A stretch of 46,656 bases of DNA from the NCBI GenBank assembly GCA_036741335.1, contig DAINSL010000002.1, forward strand, positions 1 to 46,656, read 5' to 3'. The stretch's first letter is position 1. Each line of letters starts with the position of its first letter. This DNA comes from Nocardioides sp. (lineage in GTDB: Bacteria; Actinomycetota; Actinomycetes; Propionibacteriales; Nocardioidaceae). This document shows positions 28,691 through 37,132 of this stretch, one piece after another. The notes below the pieces were generated by a model. The model was not told the origin of the DNA. It saw nothing but the letters and a program-made list of their open reading frames with translations, and searched no databases. Both the position numbers and the translations under genes were made by a program.

Positions 28691-29922
28691 GACGCCACGC
28701 TCCGCAGCCGACGTACGACGCGGGGCCGGGTCGACGAGCAGTGGCCCGCGCCGTGCCGGTCGACCTCGTCGGGGTACGCCGCCAGCAGCGACCGCACGAG
28801 CCGCACCGTGCCGTCGGGGTGCGCGCAGGCGCCCCGCCGCTCGACCAGTCCGGCGAGCTGCTCGACGCGTGCGGTGCCGGTCCCGTCGTCGATCGCGGAC
28901 ACGGCCTCGGCCAGCGCGGGCAGCCCGTTGAGGCATGGCCCGCAGCGGCGGGCGCTCTGGCCGGCCAGGTAGGCGACGATCCGCTGGGTCCAGGCCACCG
29001 GACAGTCCTCCACGGCGAGCACCAGCCCCGCGCCCAGCGCGCAGCCCGCCTCGCGGAAGCCCGGCACCGAGACCCGCAGCCGCCGTGCGGCCAGGGCCGT
29101 GGTCCAGGTGCCGTGGAAGCCGCCGAGCAGCACCGCCACGTCGTCGGTGACCGGCAGCACCGAGCGCAACGGTGCGCCGTACGCCACCTCGCGCACGGAG
29201 ACCCGGGCCCCGGGCAGGCGCAGCGTGAGGAGTGTCGTCCCGGGCTCGTCGTCCGTGCCCAGGCCCGCGGGCGGACCGGTGTGGAGCAGCCGCCCTACGT
29301 GCGCCCAGGTTTCGGCGTTGGAGAGCAGCGTCGGCCGCGAGCGGTGCCCGGCGACCGCCTCGGGGGTCCAGGCCGTCACCGGCAGGTTGGGCCGGCCGGC
29401 CATCAGCTCGAGCACCGCCCGCGCCTGCCCGGCGACGAAACGCGGCGTCGCCACATGTCGCACCAGCCGCATCCGGCGGTCGTGCCGCTCCGCGAGCGCG
29501 ACGTCCATCGCCGCCGCGGTCAGCGGCCGGTCTCCGGGGAGTACGACGTGCACCGCGTGGGCGCCGAGGGCTCGCGCCGTGGCCACCGCTCCGTCCAGCA
29601 CCAGGTGGGGTCGGGTACGGGCCAGGGCGCTGTCCTTGCTGCTGGCCGGCTCGCCCTCGCTGAGGTTGACCACGACCACCGGCCGGCGCGAGCCGTCGGC
29701 GGCGGCCCGCAGCTTGACCGCAAACGGGAAGGCCGCCCCGCCGCGGCCACGCAGGCCGGTCCCGTCCACGGCCGCGATCAGCTCGTCGAGCGAGGCGTGC
29801 GGTACGTCGCCGTACTGCCGCTGGTGGGCGGCGATCGACGGTCCGTCGTCGAGCCCGGAGAAGAGCGCCGGGCCCTCGTGGACGTGCGGGTCCTCGCAGA
29901 CCGCGATCGGTGAGCTGCTCAT
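28687..29922 (-). CDS. Stand-alone NuoF/Nqo1-like FMN/Fe-S oxidoreductase
   Basis: GLRGRGGAAFP, NLSEGEPASSKD, PHLVLDG, FVAGQARA, SNAET, QSARRCGPC...GACAHPDG; ATG at 29922. Confidence 0.88.
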   Translation of the reverse strand: MSSSPIAVCEDPHVHEGPALFSGLDDGPSIAAHQRQYGDVPHASLDELIAAVDGTGLRGRGGAAFPFAVKLRAAADGSRRPVVVVNLSEGEPASSKDSALARTRPHLVLDGAVATARALGAHAVHVVLPGDRPLTAAAMDVALAERHDRRMRLVRHVATPRFVAGQARAVLELMAGRPNLPVTAWTPEAVAGHRSRPTLLSNAETWAHVGRLLHTGPPAGLGTDDEPGTTLLTLRLPGARVSVREVAYGAPLRSVLPVTDDVAVLLGGFHGTWTTALAARRLRVSVPGFREAGCALGAGLVLAVEDCPVAWTQRIVAYLAGQSARRCGPCLNGLPALAEAVSAIDDGTGTARVEQLAGLVERRGACAHPDGTVRLVRSLLAAYPDEVDRHGAGHCSSTRPRVVRRLRSVAS

Positions 29923-30488
29923 CGCGCGGCAGCCCCGAGAGCGAGTCGGGCGGTGGCGCCGACCAGCCGGACCAGCGCGACCCCGGCGACGAGCGCGATC
30001 GCGGCGTAGACCGCGCTGCGCTCCCAGCCCGGCTGCCGCAGGTCGGTGCCGATGCCGAGGCCGTGTGCGACCGCGACGCCCCACGCGCCGTACGCGAGCA
30101 GGTGCACCAGCCGCCAGGTGCGGTGGCGCATCCGGGCACGCACCAGCGAGGTGACGGCGACCAGCACGATCAGGTCGAGCGAGAGCGTGCCGAGGCCCAG
30201 CCAGAGGGGCAGGTACGTCGCGCCCGCCCAGGGCACGACCGCCTGCCACCAGCGGATGTCGACGTAGCTGTCGACCACGGCGGTGGTCACGTGGAGGACG
30301 AGCAGGACCACCGACCAGAGCGCGAGGTTGCGGTGCAGCGCCTGCCCGACGAACCGAGGCAGCAGACGCCTGCCCTGTCCGGTCGACAGCACGCCGAGGA
30401 GGGTCGTGATCGTGAGCAGGGCCAGGACGACCAGGCCGGTGCTGCGGTTGAGGTACCACAGGGTGGGGCCGTGCAGGAAGGCGCTCAT
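29919..30488 (-). CDS. Ferric-reductase-like (MsrQ/FRD) heme-b membrane protein
   Basis: WYLNRSTG; His pairs LHRNL...VLHV and WRLVHLLAY...AHG on TM helices; ATG at 30488. Confidence 0.88.
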   Translation of the reverse strand: MSAFLHGPTLWYLNRSTGLVVLALLTITTLLGVLSTGQGRRLLPRFVGQALHRNLALWSVVLLVLHVTTAVVDSYVDIRWWQAVVPWAGATYLPLWLGLGTLSLDLIVLVAVTSLVRARMRHRTWRLVHLLAYGAWGVAVAHGLGIGTDLRQPGWERSAVYAAIALVAGVALVRLVGATARLALGAAAR

Positions 30489-31396
30489 GCCGCACGCTCC
30501 GCATCGGCCGGCCAGCCGCCGGTACGCCGTACCGAGCCGTCGGCGGCGACCAGGCGAGCGGTCACCTCGTGGGCGCCGAGCCAGGCGGGGGCATCGGCGC
30601 CGAGCACGATCGCGGCGGTGCTGGCGGTGTTGGCGGCGACCGCGGTCGTGCCCAGGCAGCTCGCGGTCACCCACGGGGTGGTGGCGGGAGCACCGGTGCG
30701 CGGGTCGAGCAGGTGGTGGTACGCCGTGCCGGCGCGGGTCCAGCGTCGTACCTGCGTGTTCGACGTGGCGAGCCCGCCCCGCTCGAGCCACACGATCACC
30801 GCGGGCTCGTCCAGCTGGCCGGAGACGGCGACCGGCCAGGCGTCACCGTCCGGCTGCGAGACGGCCAGGTCGCCGCCGACGCTGACGATCGCCGGGGTGT
30901 CCAGCTCGCCGGCCAGGGTCGCGACGACGAGGTCGGCGGCGAACGCCTTGCCGGTGGAGCCGAGGTCCAGGGCGGTGCCGGCCGGCACACGGATCGCGTC
31001 CTCGGCCAGCCCCAGACCCGTCCACGACCGCGGCCCGGGGGCGGGCGGTGGCGTGGCCGGGCCGGTGTCGACCAGCTCGCCGTAGTCGCGGTCATAGCCC
31101 CACGACACCAGGTGGCGCCCGAGGAGCGGGTGCACGATCCCGTCGGTGGCGCGGGCCGCATCCACGGCGACGCCGACTGCGGCGACCAGCAGCGGGTCGA
31201 CCTCGACCCAGTGACCGGCCGCGGCGTTGGCGCGCACCAGGTCGGAGTCGTCGCGGAAGCGGCTGCAGGTGCGGTCCACCGCGGCCAGCACGGCCTCGGT
31301 CAGACGACGGGCAGCGGCGAGCTGACCGGGGTCGCGGGTCGCGACGTACACATAGGTCCCGAGCGCACCGAAGGTCCCGGTTGTTGTCTCAGCCAT
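30485..31396 (-). CDS. apbE: FAD:protein FMN transferase (no evident signal peptide)
   Basis: ALGT, CSRFRDDSDL, LDLGSTGKAFAAD, SVGGD, LATS, HHLLDPRTG and ANTASTA motifs. Confidence 0.92.
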   Translation of the reverse strand: MAETTTGTFGALGTYVYVATRDPGQLAAARRLTEAVLAAVDRTCSRFRDDSDLVRANAAAGHWVEVDPLLVAAVGVAVDAARATDGIVHPLLGRHLVSWGYDRDYGELVDTGPATPPPAPGPRSWTGLGLAEDAIRVPAGTALDLGSTGKAFAADLVVATLAGELDTPAIVSVGGDLAVSQPDGDAWPVAVSGQLDEPAVIVWLERGGLATSNTQVRRWTRAGTAYHHLLDPRTGAPATTPWVTASCLGTTAVAANTASTAAIVLGADAPAWLGAHEVTARLVAADGSVRRTGGWPADAERAA

Positions 31397-31847
31397 GGTG
31401 GGAGCCCGAGGACGGAGCCGGCGGCGGCGGCGGGGGCGGCGGCGGGGCGTGTACGACGGGTGGGGCGTGGTAGACGGGCGGGGGCGCGGCCGGTGAGCTC
31501 GGCGCCGGGGTGAAGGTGCCGCCGCCGACGACCACCGGCGCCGCGGCCGAGTGGACGTAGCGGGTGTGGACGACGGTCCTGCTCGGGCGGGCCCGCAGCA
31601 TCACCTTGTGGGGGTACGACGCGGACTTCTGGCGGGCGACCGCAGCTTCGTAGGTCGCCTGGGCGCGCGCGGCCTTGGCCGTGGCGGCGGCGTTCGCGGC
31701 GTCGTCGCGGGCCTGCTTGGTCTGCTGCTCGCGAGCCGCAGCCCCGGCGAACCAGCCGACGGCGGTGAGGCTGGTCGCGCTGACGATGGCGGTGAGGGAG
31801 GTGACGCCGAGACGGAACCGGTCACGGCTGCGTGAGGGAGGGGTCAT
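31389..31847 (-). CDS. Membrane-anchored Ala/Pro-rich protein, candidate ApbE substrate
   Basis: N-terminal basic plus hydrophobic segment, Ala-rich helix, polyproline stretch, C-terminal APSSGSHHG; overlaps the apbE start. Confidence 0.7.
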   Translation of the reverse strand: MTPPSRSRDRFRLGVTSLTAIVSATSLTAVGWFAGAAAREQQTKQARDDAANAAATAKAARAQATYEAAVARQKSASYPHKVMLRARPSRTVVHTRYVHSAAAPVVVGGGTFTPAPSSPAAPPPVYHAPPVVHAPPPPPPPPPAPSSGSHHG

Positions 31848-31872
31848 GCAGACCAGAGTGCGAGAGGGCGTG

Positions 31873-31940
31873 GCAAGGACGTGTCATCGCTGGTTCAAGT
31901 CCGTCTCATGGAGTCCGCAGACGGTTTGACGATGTCTTGA
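31873..31940. promoter_or_regulatory. Divergent promoter with 11-bp-period TCAAG-like repeats
   Basis: Plus strand GCAAGG/TCATCG/TCAAGT/TCATGG at 31873/31884/31895/31906; minus strand TCAAGA (31940-31935) and TCAAAC (31929-31924). Confidence 0.5.
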
Positions 31941-31986
31941 GGGAAGCGCGAGACGCCCATAGGCCGCGGAGCCGCACCGTGGTGGC

Positions 31987-32397
31987 ATGAAGCTCTTCGC
32001 CGTCCTCGTGGCCGCTCTCGCCCTGCTCGCCGGGTTGGCCGGCGGGATGCGGGCCTACACCGCCGCCGCCCCCGCCCATGTCACACCCGCGCATGTCTCG
32101 GCGCCGCACTATCCCCGGGCGATGCCGGTCAAGCCGGGTGCAACCTTCAGGTGGGCTCCGTGCCGGAAGCCGGCCGTCCGCCAGGGCCGTGCCTGCGTCA
32201 CCCACGTGACCCGCACCGTGACCATCCCGCCGCCGGTCGTCACGGCCCCGCCGGTCCCGGTCCAGGTAGCGGCGCCCGCGCCCGCGCACGCCGCGCCTCC
32301 GCCGACCAGGCACCCGTCGCCCACGGCCCAGCCCACCACCACCCATCACGACGACGGGGGCGAGCACCACGACGGCGGTGGCGGCCACGACCACTGA
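31987..32397 (+). CDS. Secreted Pro-rich protein with a His/Asp-rich tail
   Basis: Signal peptide MKLFAVLVAALALLAGLAGG; paired Cys; tail HHDDGGEHHDGGGGHDH. Confidence 0.7.
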   Translation: MKLFAVLVAALALLAGLAGGMRAYTAAAPAHVTPAHVSAPHYPRAMPVKPGATFRWAPCRKPAVRQGRACVTHVTRTVTIPPPVVTAPPVPVQVAAPAPAHAAPPPTRHPSPTAQPTTTHHDDGGEHHDGGGGHDH

Positions 32398-32407
32398 CCG
32401 GTCGCGC

Positions 32408-33673
32408 TCAGTCCACCAGCGGGAGCGCGACCTCGACGCGGGCGCCGCCGGACGCGGTGGAGCCGGTGACCATGTGCCCACCGCAGTCCTGGGCGGTACG
32501 CCGGGCGATGTCCAGGCCGAGCCCGGTGTGCCCCGGACCCTGCCGCGGCTCGGGCGACCAGCCCGCACCGTCGTCGCTGACCGTGAGCAGACAGGTGCCC
32601 TCGGCACCCCGCAGCGTCACCGCGAATCCGGTGCCGTCGGGGGTGTGCGCGAAGACGTTGTCGATGAGGACGTCGAGCAGGTCGGCCAGGTCGGCCTCGG
32701 AGACCGGCACCGACAACGGGCCGGGCGCCACGTGCACCTCGAGCGGCCGGTCGTCGTCCTCGGCGAGCACCGACCAGAACGCGACCCGGTCGGCGATCGC
32801 CGCGGCGGCATCGCACCGTGCCGCGAGCGCGGACTGGACCGGACGCCGGGCCTCCTTGACGATCTGGTCGACGGTCAGCTGGAGCACCGTGATGTGGTCC
32901 TGCAGGCGCTTGGCCAGGGCCGTGTCGTCGACCGACTCGGCGTCGAGGCGCAGCGCCGTGACCGGCGTACGCAGGCGGTGGGAGAGGTCGGCGACGGCGA
33001 CGCGCTCGGCGGCGAGGAGCTCGCCGGTGCGTTCGGCGAGGCCGTTAAGGGCCCGGGCCAGCTCGACCGTCTCGGGGGTGCCGCGGACCTCCGCGCGCGC
33101 CGTCAGGTCACCCTCGCGGAGCTGGTGGGCGGTCTCGGCGACGCCGAGCAGCGGCTCGCTGATCCTCCGCCCCAGCTGGCGGGCCATCAGCCAGCCGAGA
33201 GCGAGCAGCAGGATGCCGAGTCCGATGATCCCGGTCCAGGCCGCGGCGACGCCGCGCCGCAGGTCGGACTCGCTGACGCTGGCGCGGACCACCACGGTCC
33301 CGTGCCGGACCGCGACCGGGAGCAGCACCGCGCCGCCGTCACTGTCGACGACCCGGAAGCCCTCGCCGGTGAGGGCACGGCGTACGTCGGGATCCTGGCG
33401 CAGGTCCTGGGTGGTACCGAGGCTGTGGCCGTTCGCGGTGAGGACCGCGACCCGCGGGACGATGCTGCTGTTGAGGTCGGAGAGGTAACCGTCGAGCTGC
33501 GCGCCGCCCCGCAGGCCGGTGACCACCAGCGCGACGTTGCGGGCGGCCTGGTCGGCGGCACTCATGGCGCGGTCGGCGGCCAGCGTGCGCACCAGCAGGC
33601 AGAGCGGGATGACGAACGCCATCACGATGGCCGACGTCGTCGCCAGGACCAGCCATGAGATCCGGCTGCGCAT
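32408..33673 (-). CDS. HAMP-domain sensor histidine kinase
   Basis: Two TM helices; H-box DLSHRLRTP, N-box LIDNVFAH, DDGAG and TGLGL. Confidence 0.93.
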   Translation of the reverse strand: MRSRISWLVLATTSAIVMAFVIPLCLLVRTLAADRAMSAADQAARNVALVVTGLRGGAQLDGYLSDLNSSIVPRVAVLTANGHSLGTTQDLRQDPDVRRALTGEGFRVVDSDGGAVLLPVAVRHGTVVVRASVSESDLRRGVAAAWTGIIGLGILLLALGWLMARQLGRRISEPLLGVAETAHQLREGDLTARAEVRGTPETVELARALNGLAERTGELLAAERVAVADLSHRLRTPVTALRLDAESVDDTALAKRLQDHITVLQLTVDQIVKEARRPVQSALAARCDAAAAIADRVAFWSVLAEDDDRPLEVHVAPGPLSVPVSEADLADLLDVLIDNVFAHTPDGTGFAVTLRGAEGTCLLTVSDDGAGWSPEPRQGPGHTGLGLDIARRTAQDCGGHMVTGSTASGGARVEVALPLVD

Positions 33674-34359
33674 CAGGTGCGGCCCGGGTCCACCAGCCGC
33701 ACCCCGACACCACGGACACTGATCAGGTAGCGCGGCTCGGCGGCGGTCTCACCGAGCTTGCGCCGCAGCCACGACAGGTGCACGTCCACGGTCCGGTCGG
33801 AGCCGCCGTACGCCTGACGCCAGACCTCGGCCAGCAGCTCGCGCTTGGTCACCACCTCACCGGGTCGCTGCGCCAGCGCAACGAGCAGGTCGAACTCCTT
33901 GCGCGCCAGCTCGACCGGCTGCTTGCCGAGCGTGACCGTGCGCGAGCGCTCGTCGATGACGAGGTCGCCGACGCAGATGGGCTCGTACGACGTGGGCGTG
34001 GCGCCTCGCCGCAGCACCGCGCGGACCCGGGCCGCCACCTGGTCGGCGCCGAACGGCTTCACCACGTAGTCGTCGGCACCCGCGTCGAGCGCCTTGACGA
34101 TGGTCGCGTCGTCGTCGCGGGCGGTGATCACGATGATCGGCACGGTGCTCGCCGCCCGGATCATCGCGATCACGGTCAGGCCGTCGACGTCGGGAAGGCC
34201 GAGGTCGAGCATGACGACGTCGGGGCGTTGGTTGATCACGACCTCGAGCCCCGGCAGACCGCTCGACGCCGCCGCCACTGCGTGACCGCGTTCGGTCATG
34301 GCCCGCTGCACGGCGGAGCGGATGGCCGGGTCGTCCTCGATCACGAGGATGCTGCTCAT
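33673..34359 (-). CDS. OmpR-family response regulator
   Basis: LVIEDD, LDLGLPDVDG, ITAR, GADDYVVKPF, KEFDLL, TVDVHLSWLRRKL, SVRGVG. Confidence 0.95.
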   Translation of the reverse strand: MSSILVIEDDPAIRSAVQRAMTERGHAVAAASSGLPGLEVVINQRPDVVMLDLGLPDVDGLTVIAMIRAASTVPIIVITARDDDATIVKALDAGADDYVVKPFGADQVAARVRAVLRRGATPTSYEPICVGDLVIDERSRTVTLGKQPVELARKEFDLLVALAQRPGEVVTKRELLAEVWRQAYGGSDRTVDVHLSWLRRKLGETAAEPRYLISVRGVGVRLVDPGRT

Positions 34360-34426
34360 GTAAGGAACCTAACCCCCAGGGGTGGAGTGACCAGTGCCGT
34401 TCGGCGGTACCCGGGATGATGACCTC

Positions 34427-34996
34427 ATGATCCGCCTCCGGGCCGCCGTCCTCGGCGCCGTGCTGTGGTGCGTGGTCGTGGTCGCGGTCTCGTCGCTGGT
34501 GTGGGTCGTGATCTCCCGGGCCGGCGCGGGCGTCGTACCCGTCACGCAGCCGCAGGCCGACGTCACGGGCTCTCTCCCCGTGCCCGGCCAGGGCCATCCG
34601 TCTCGTGGGCGTCCGAGCCCCGGCATGACGTTGTCGCCCCGGCCGTCGCAGGCACCGTCGTCGGGAGGTACTCCGTCGACCGGGCCGACCGGGACACCCG
34701 TCGTGCCGCCTCCGGTCTCGTCCTCGTCGCCGCCACCCGCACCCGCGGCGCAGCGGCGTTCGTGGAGCGGTCCGGCCGGCCACGTGGTCGCCGAGTGCCG
34801 CGGTACGGCGGTGCACCTGGTCGCGGCGTACCCCAACGCCGGCTGGCGCTACCTGATCGGCTCCCGGGGCCCGGGGCTGGTCCAGGTGAGGTTCCTCCGC
34901 GTCGGCGAGGGCGGCCGCTCGGTGACCGTGCAGGCGCGGTGCGTGTCCGGCGTACCCCACTTCACCCTGCCGACCCACGAGCCCGGCGACACCTGA
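34427..34996 (+). CDS. Membrane-anchored Pro/Ser-rich protein with a small Cys-containing extracellular domain
   Basis: N-terminal TM segment, P/S/T linker, GHVVAEC...VAAYPNAGW...VQARCVSG; divergent from the response regulator. Confidence 0.75.
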   Translation: MIRLRAAVLGAVLWCVVVVAVSSLVWVVISRAGAGVVPVTQPQADVTGSLPVPGQGHPSRGRPSPGMTLSPRPSQAPSSGGTPSTGPTGTPVVPPPVSSSSPPPAPAAQRRSWSGPAGHVVAECRGTAVHLVAAYPNAGWRYLIGSRGPGLVQVRFLRVGEGGRSVTVQARCVSGVPHFTLPTHEPGDT

Positions 34997-35047
34997 CCGG
35001 TGGATGGGCGGCCGGAGCGTGTCCGCGGCCGCGGATAGGGTGCAGCG

Positions 35048-37132
35048 GTGCCTCGCCCCCCAGACGTTCCGCGACCACCGGTCGGCGACGTCCTGGCGAC
35101 CGCGGTCGAGGCCCTGGGTGGCGAGGAGCGACCCGGCCAGATCGCGATGGCCGAGGCCGTCGGCGAGGCGTTCGCGGAGCACCGTCACCTGGTCGTCCAG
35201 GCCGGCACCGGCACCGGCAAGTCGCTGGCCTATCTCGTCCCGGCGCTACTGCACGACGAGCGGGTGGTGGTGGCGACGGCGACGCTGGCCCTGCAGCACC
35301 AGCTTGTCGAGCGCGACCTGCCGCGGCTCGTCGAGGCGGTCGGGGCCACCCATCCCGGCATCGATACGTCGTACGCCGTGCTGAAGGGCCGGTCGAACTA
35401 CGCCTGCCTGCACCGGATCCGCGAGGGCGTGCCCGACGACCAGGGTGCCTTGATCGAGGTGCCGCAGGGGTCGATGGCCTCGAAGGTCCTCGAGCTGCGG
35501 GCGTGGGCGGAGAAGGAGGCCGAATCGCGTGGCAGCGGGGAGCGCGACAGCGCGCCCCGGCACACCGACCGCGAGTGGCGACAGGTCAGCGTCAGCCATC
35601 GCGACTGCCTGGGGGCCTCGCGGTGCCCGTTCGGGCAGGAGTGCTTCGTCGAGCTCGCCCGCGAGGAGGCGCACCGCTCGCACCTGATCGTCACCAACCA
35701 CTCGCTGCTCGCGATCGACGCGATCGAGGGGGTGCCGATGATCCCCGACTACGACGTGGTGGTGGTCGACGAGGCGCACGAGGTCGTCAGCCGGGTGACT
35801 CAGGCCGCGACCGACGAGCTGTTCGCCGCCGACGTCGACCGAGCCGCGCGGCGTTCCCGGCGCTGGGTGTCGGACGCCGAGCGTGAGTCGTCGTCAGCCG
35901 ATGACCTGGCCGACGCTGGTGACGCGCTGGGTGCGGCCATCGGCGAGTGCGAGCCCGGCCGGTTCGACGTCGTACCCGAGCAGCTGGCCGACGCCCTGGT
36001 GCTGGTGCGCGACGCCGCGCGTGCCTGCCTCTCGGCGTACCCCAAGGAGACCGACAGCTCGGACGCCGACGCCGGTCGCACGCAGGCCCGCGGGTCGCTG
36101 CAGGAGGTGTTCGTGACCGCGGAGCGGATGGCCGCGCGGTCCGAGTCCGACGTGCTGTGGCTGACCGAGGGAGGCAGCGGTGAGCAGAGCCGGCTGCCGC
36201 CGCGGCTGTGTGTCGCGCCGCTGGAGGTCTGGGGCCCGATGCGCGAGAAGCTGCTCGGCGACAAGACGGTCGTGCTGACCTCGGCGACCCTGATGCTGGG
36301 CGGCGACTTCAACGCCCTGGCGACGTCGGTCGGGCTGAAGCCGACCGAGCGGGTCGCCCTTCGAGACGGCGCGGACGCGCCTCCTCAGAAACCGCCCGGG
36401 TCGGACGCGTTGGTCTCGACGGGCTCGACCAGCGGTGGGGATGACGAGGTGCTGCCGTGGGTGGGGCTCGACGTCGGCTCGCCGTTCGACTACGGCCAGC
36501 AGGCGATCCTCTACATCGCCCGGCACCTCCCGCCCCCCGGTCGCGACGGTCTCGGCCAGGCCCAGCTCGACGAGATCGTGTCCCTCGTCGACGCTGCGGA
36601 GGGCCGGACGCTGGGGCTGTTCAGCTCGCGTCGGGGAGCGGAGACCGCGGCGGAGGCGGTCCGCGAGCGGCTGCCGCACCTGACCACGCTCGCGCAGGGC
36701 GAGGCGCAGCTGCCGGAGCTGGCGCGGCAGTTCGTGGGTGACCCGCACACCTGCCTGTTCGGCACGCTCAGCCTCTGGCAGGGCCTCGACGTCCCCGGCG
36801 ACACCTGCCAGCTGGTGATCATCGACCGGATCCCGTTCCCGCGCCCCGACGACCCGCTGATGAGCGCCCGTCAGCGCGCGGCCGACAAGGCCGGGGGCAA
36901 CGGCTTCATGCAGGTGGCCGCGACCCATGCGGCGCTGCTCCTGGCCCAGGGCGCGGGCCGGCTGATCCGCACCACAGACGACCGCGGTGTGGTCGCGGTG
37001 CTGGACCCCCGACTGGCCACCGCGCGCTACGGCGGCTTCCTCAAGGCGAGCCTGCCGCCGATGTGGCCGACGTACGACGGCGACCTGGTCCGCCGGGCGC
37101 TGAGCCGGCTGGCCTCCGCCCCAGACGGCTAG
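35048..37132 (+). CDS. dinG: DinG-family Fe-S DNA helicase
   Basis: RPGQ, QAGTGTGKS, KGRSNYAC, CLGASRCPFGQEC, DEAH, SATL, WQGLD, QGAGRLIR. Confidence 0.93.
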   Translation: MPRPPDVPRPPVGDVLATAVEALGGEERPGQIAMAEAVGEAFAEHRHLVVQAGTGTGKSLAYLVPALLHDERVVVATATLALQHQLVERDLPRLVEAVGATHPGIDTSYAVLKGRSNYACLHRIREGVPDDQGALIEVPQGSMASKVLELRAWAEKEAESRGSGERDSAPRHTDREWRQVSVSHRDCLGASRCPFGQECFVELAREEAHRSHLIVTNHSLLAIDAIEGVPMIPDYDVVVVDEAHEVVSRVTQAATDELFAADVDRAARRSRRWVSDAERESSSADDLADAGDALGAAIGECEPGRFDVVPEQLADALVLVRDAARACLSAYPKETDSSDADAGRTQARGSLQEVFVTAERMAARSESDVLWLTEGGSGEQSRLPPRLCVAPLEVWGPMREKLLGDKTVVLTSATLMLGGDFNALATSVGLKPTERVALRDGADAPPQKPPGSDALVSTGSTSGGDDEVLPWVGLDVGSPFDYGQQAILYIARHLPPPGRDGLGQAQLDEIVSLVDAAEGRTLGLFSSRRGAETAAEAVRERLPHLTTLAQGEAQLPELARQFVGDPHTCLFGTLSLWQGLDVPGDTCQLVIIDRIPFPRPDDPLMSARQRAADKAGGNGFMQVAATHAALLLAQGAGRLIRTTDDRGVVAVLDPRLATARYGGFLKASLPPMWPTYDGDLVRRALSRLASAPDG
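36357..36435 (+). repeat. Two adjacent family-A elements in-frame in dinG (long variant plus short form)
   Basis: TTCGAGAC-GGCGCG-GA-CGCGCC-TCCTCA at 36360-36387 and GGTCTCGACGGGCTCGACCAGCGG at 36412-36435. Confidence 0.75.

Noticed and set aside
27614..35047. Integrative mobile element status for the ApbE/TCS island
   Set aside because: No integrase, transposase, tRNA target or flanking direct repeats were found; treated as an accessory cluster only.
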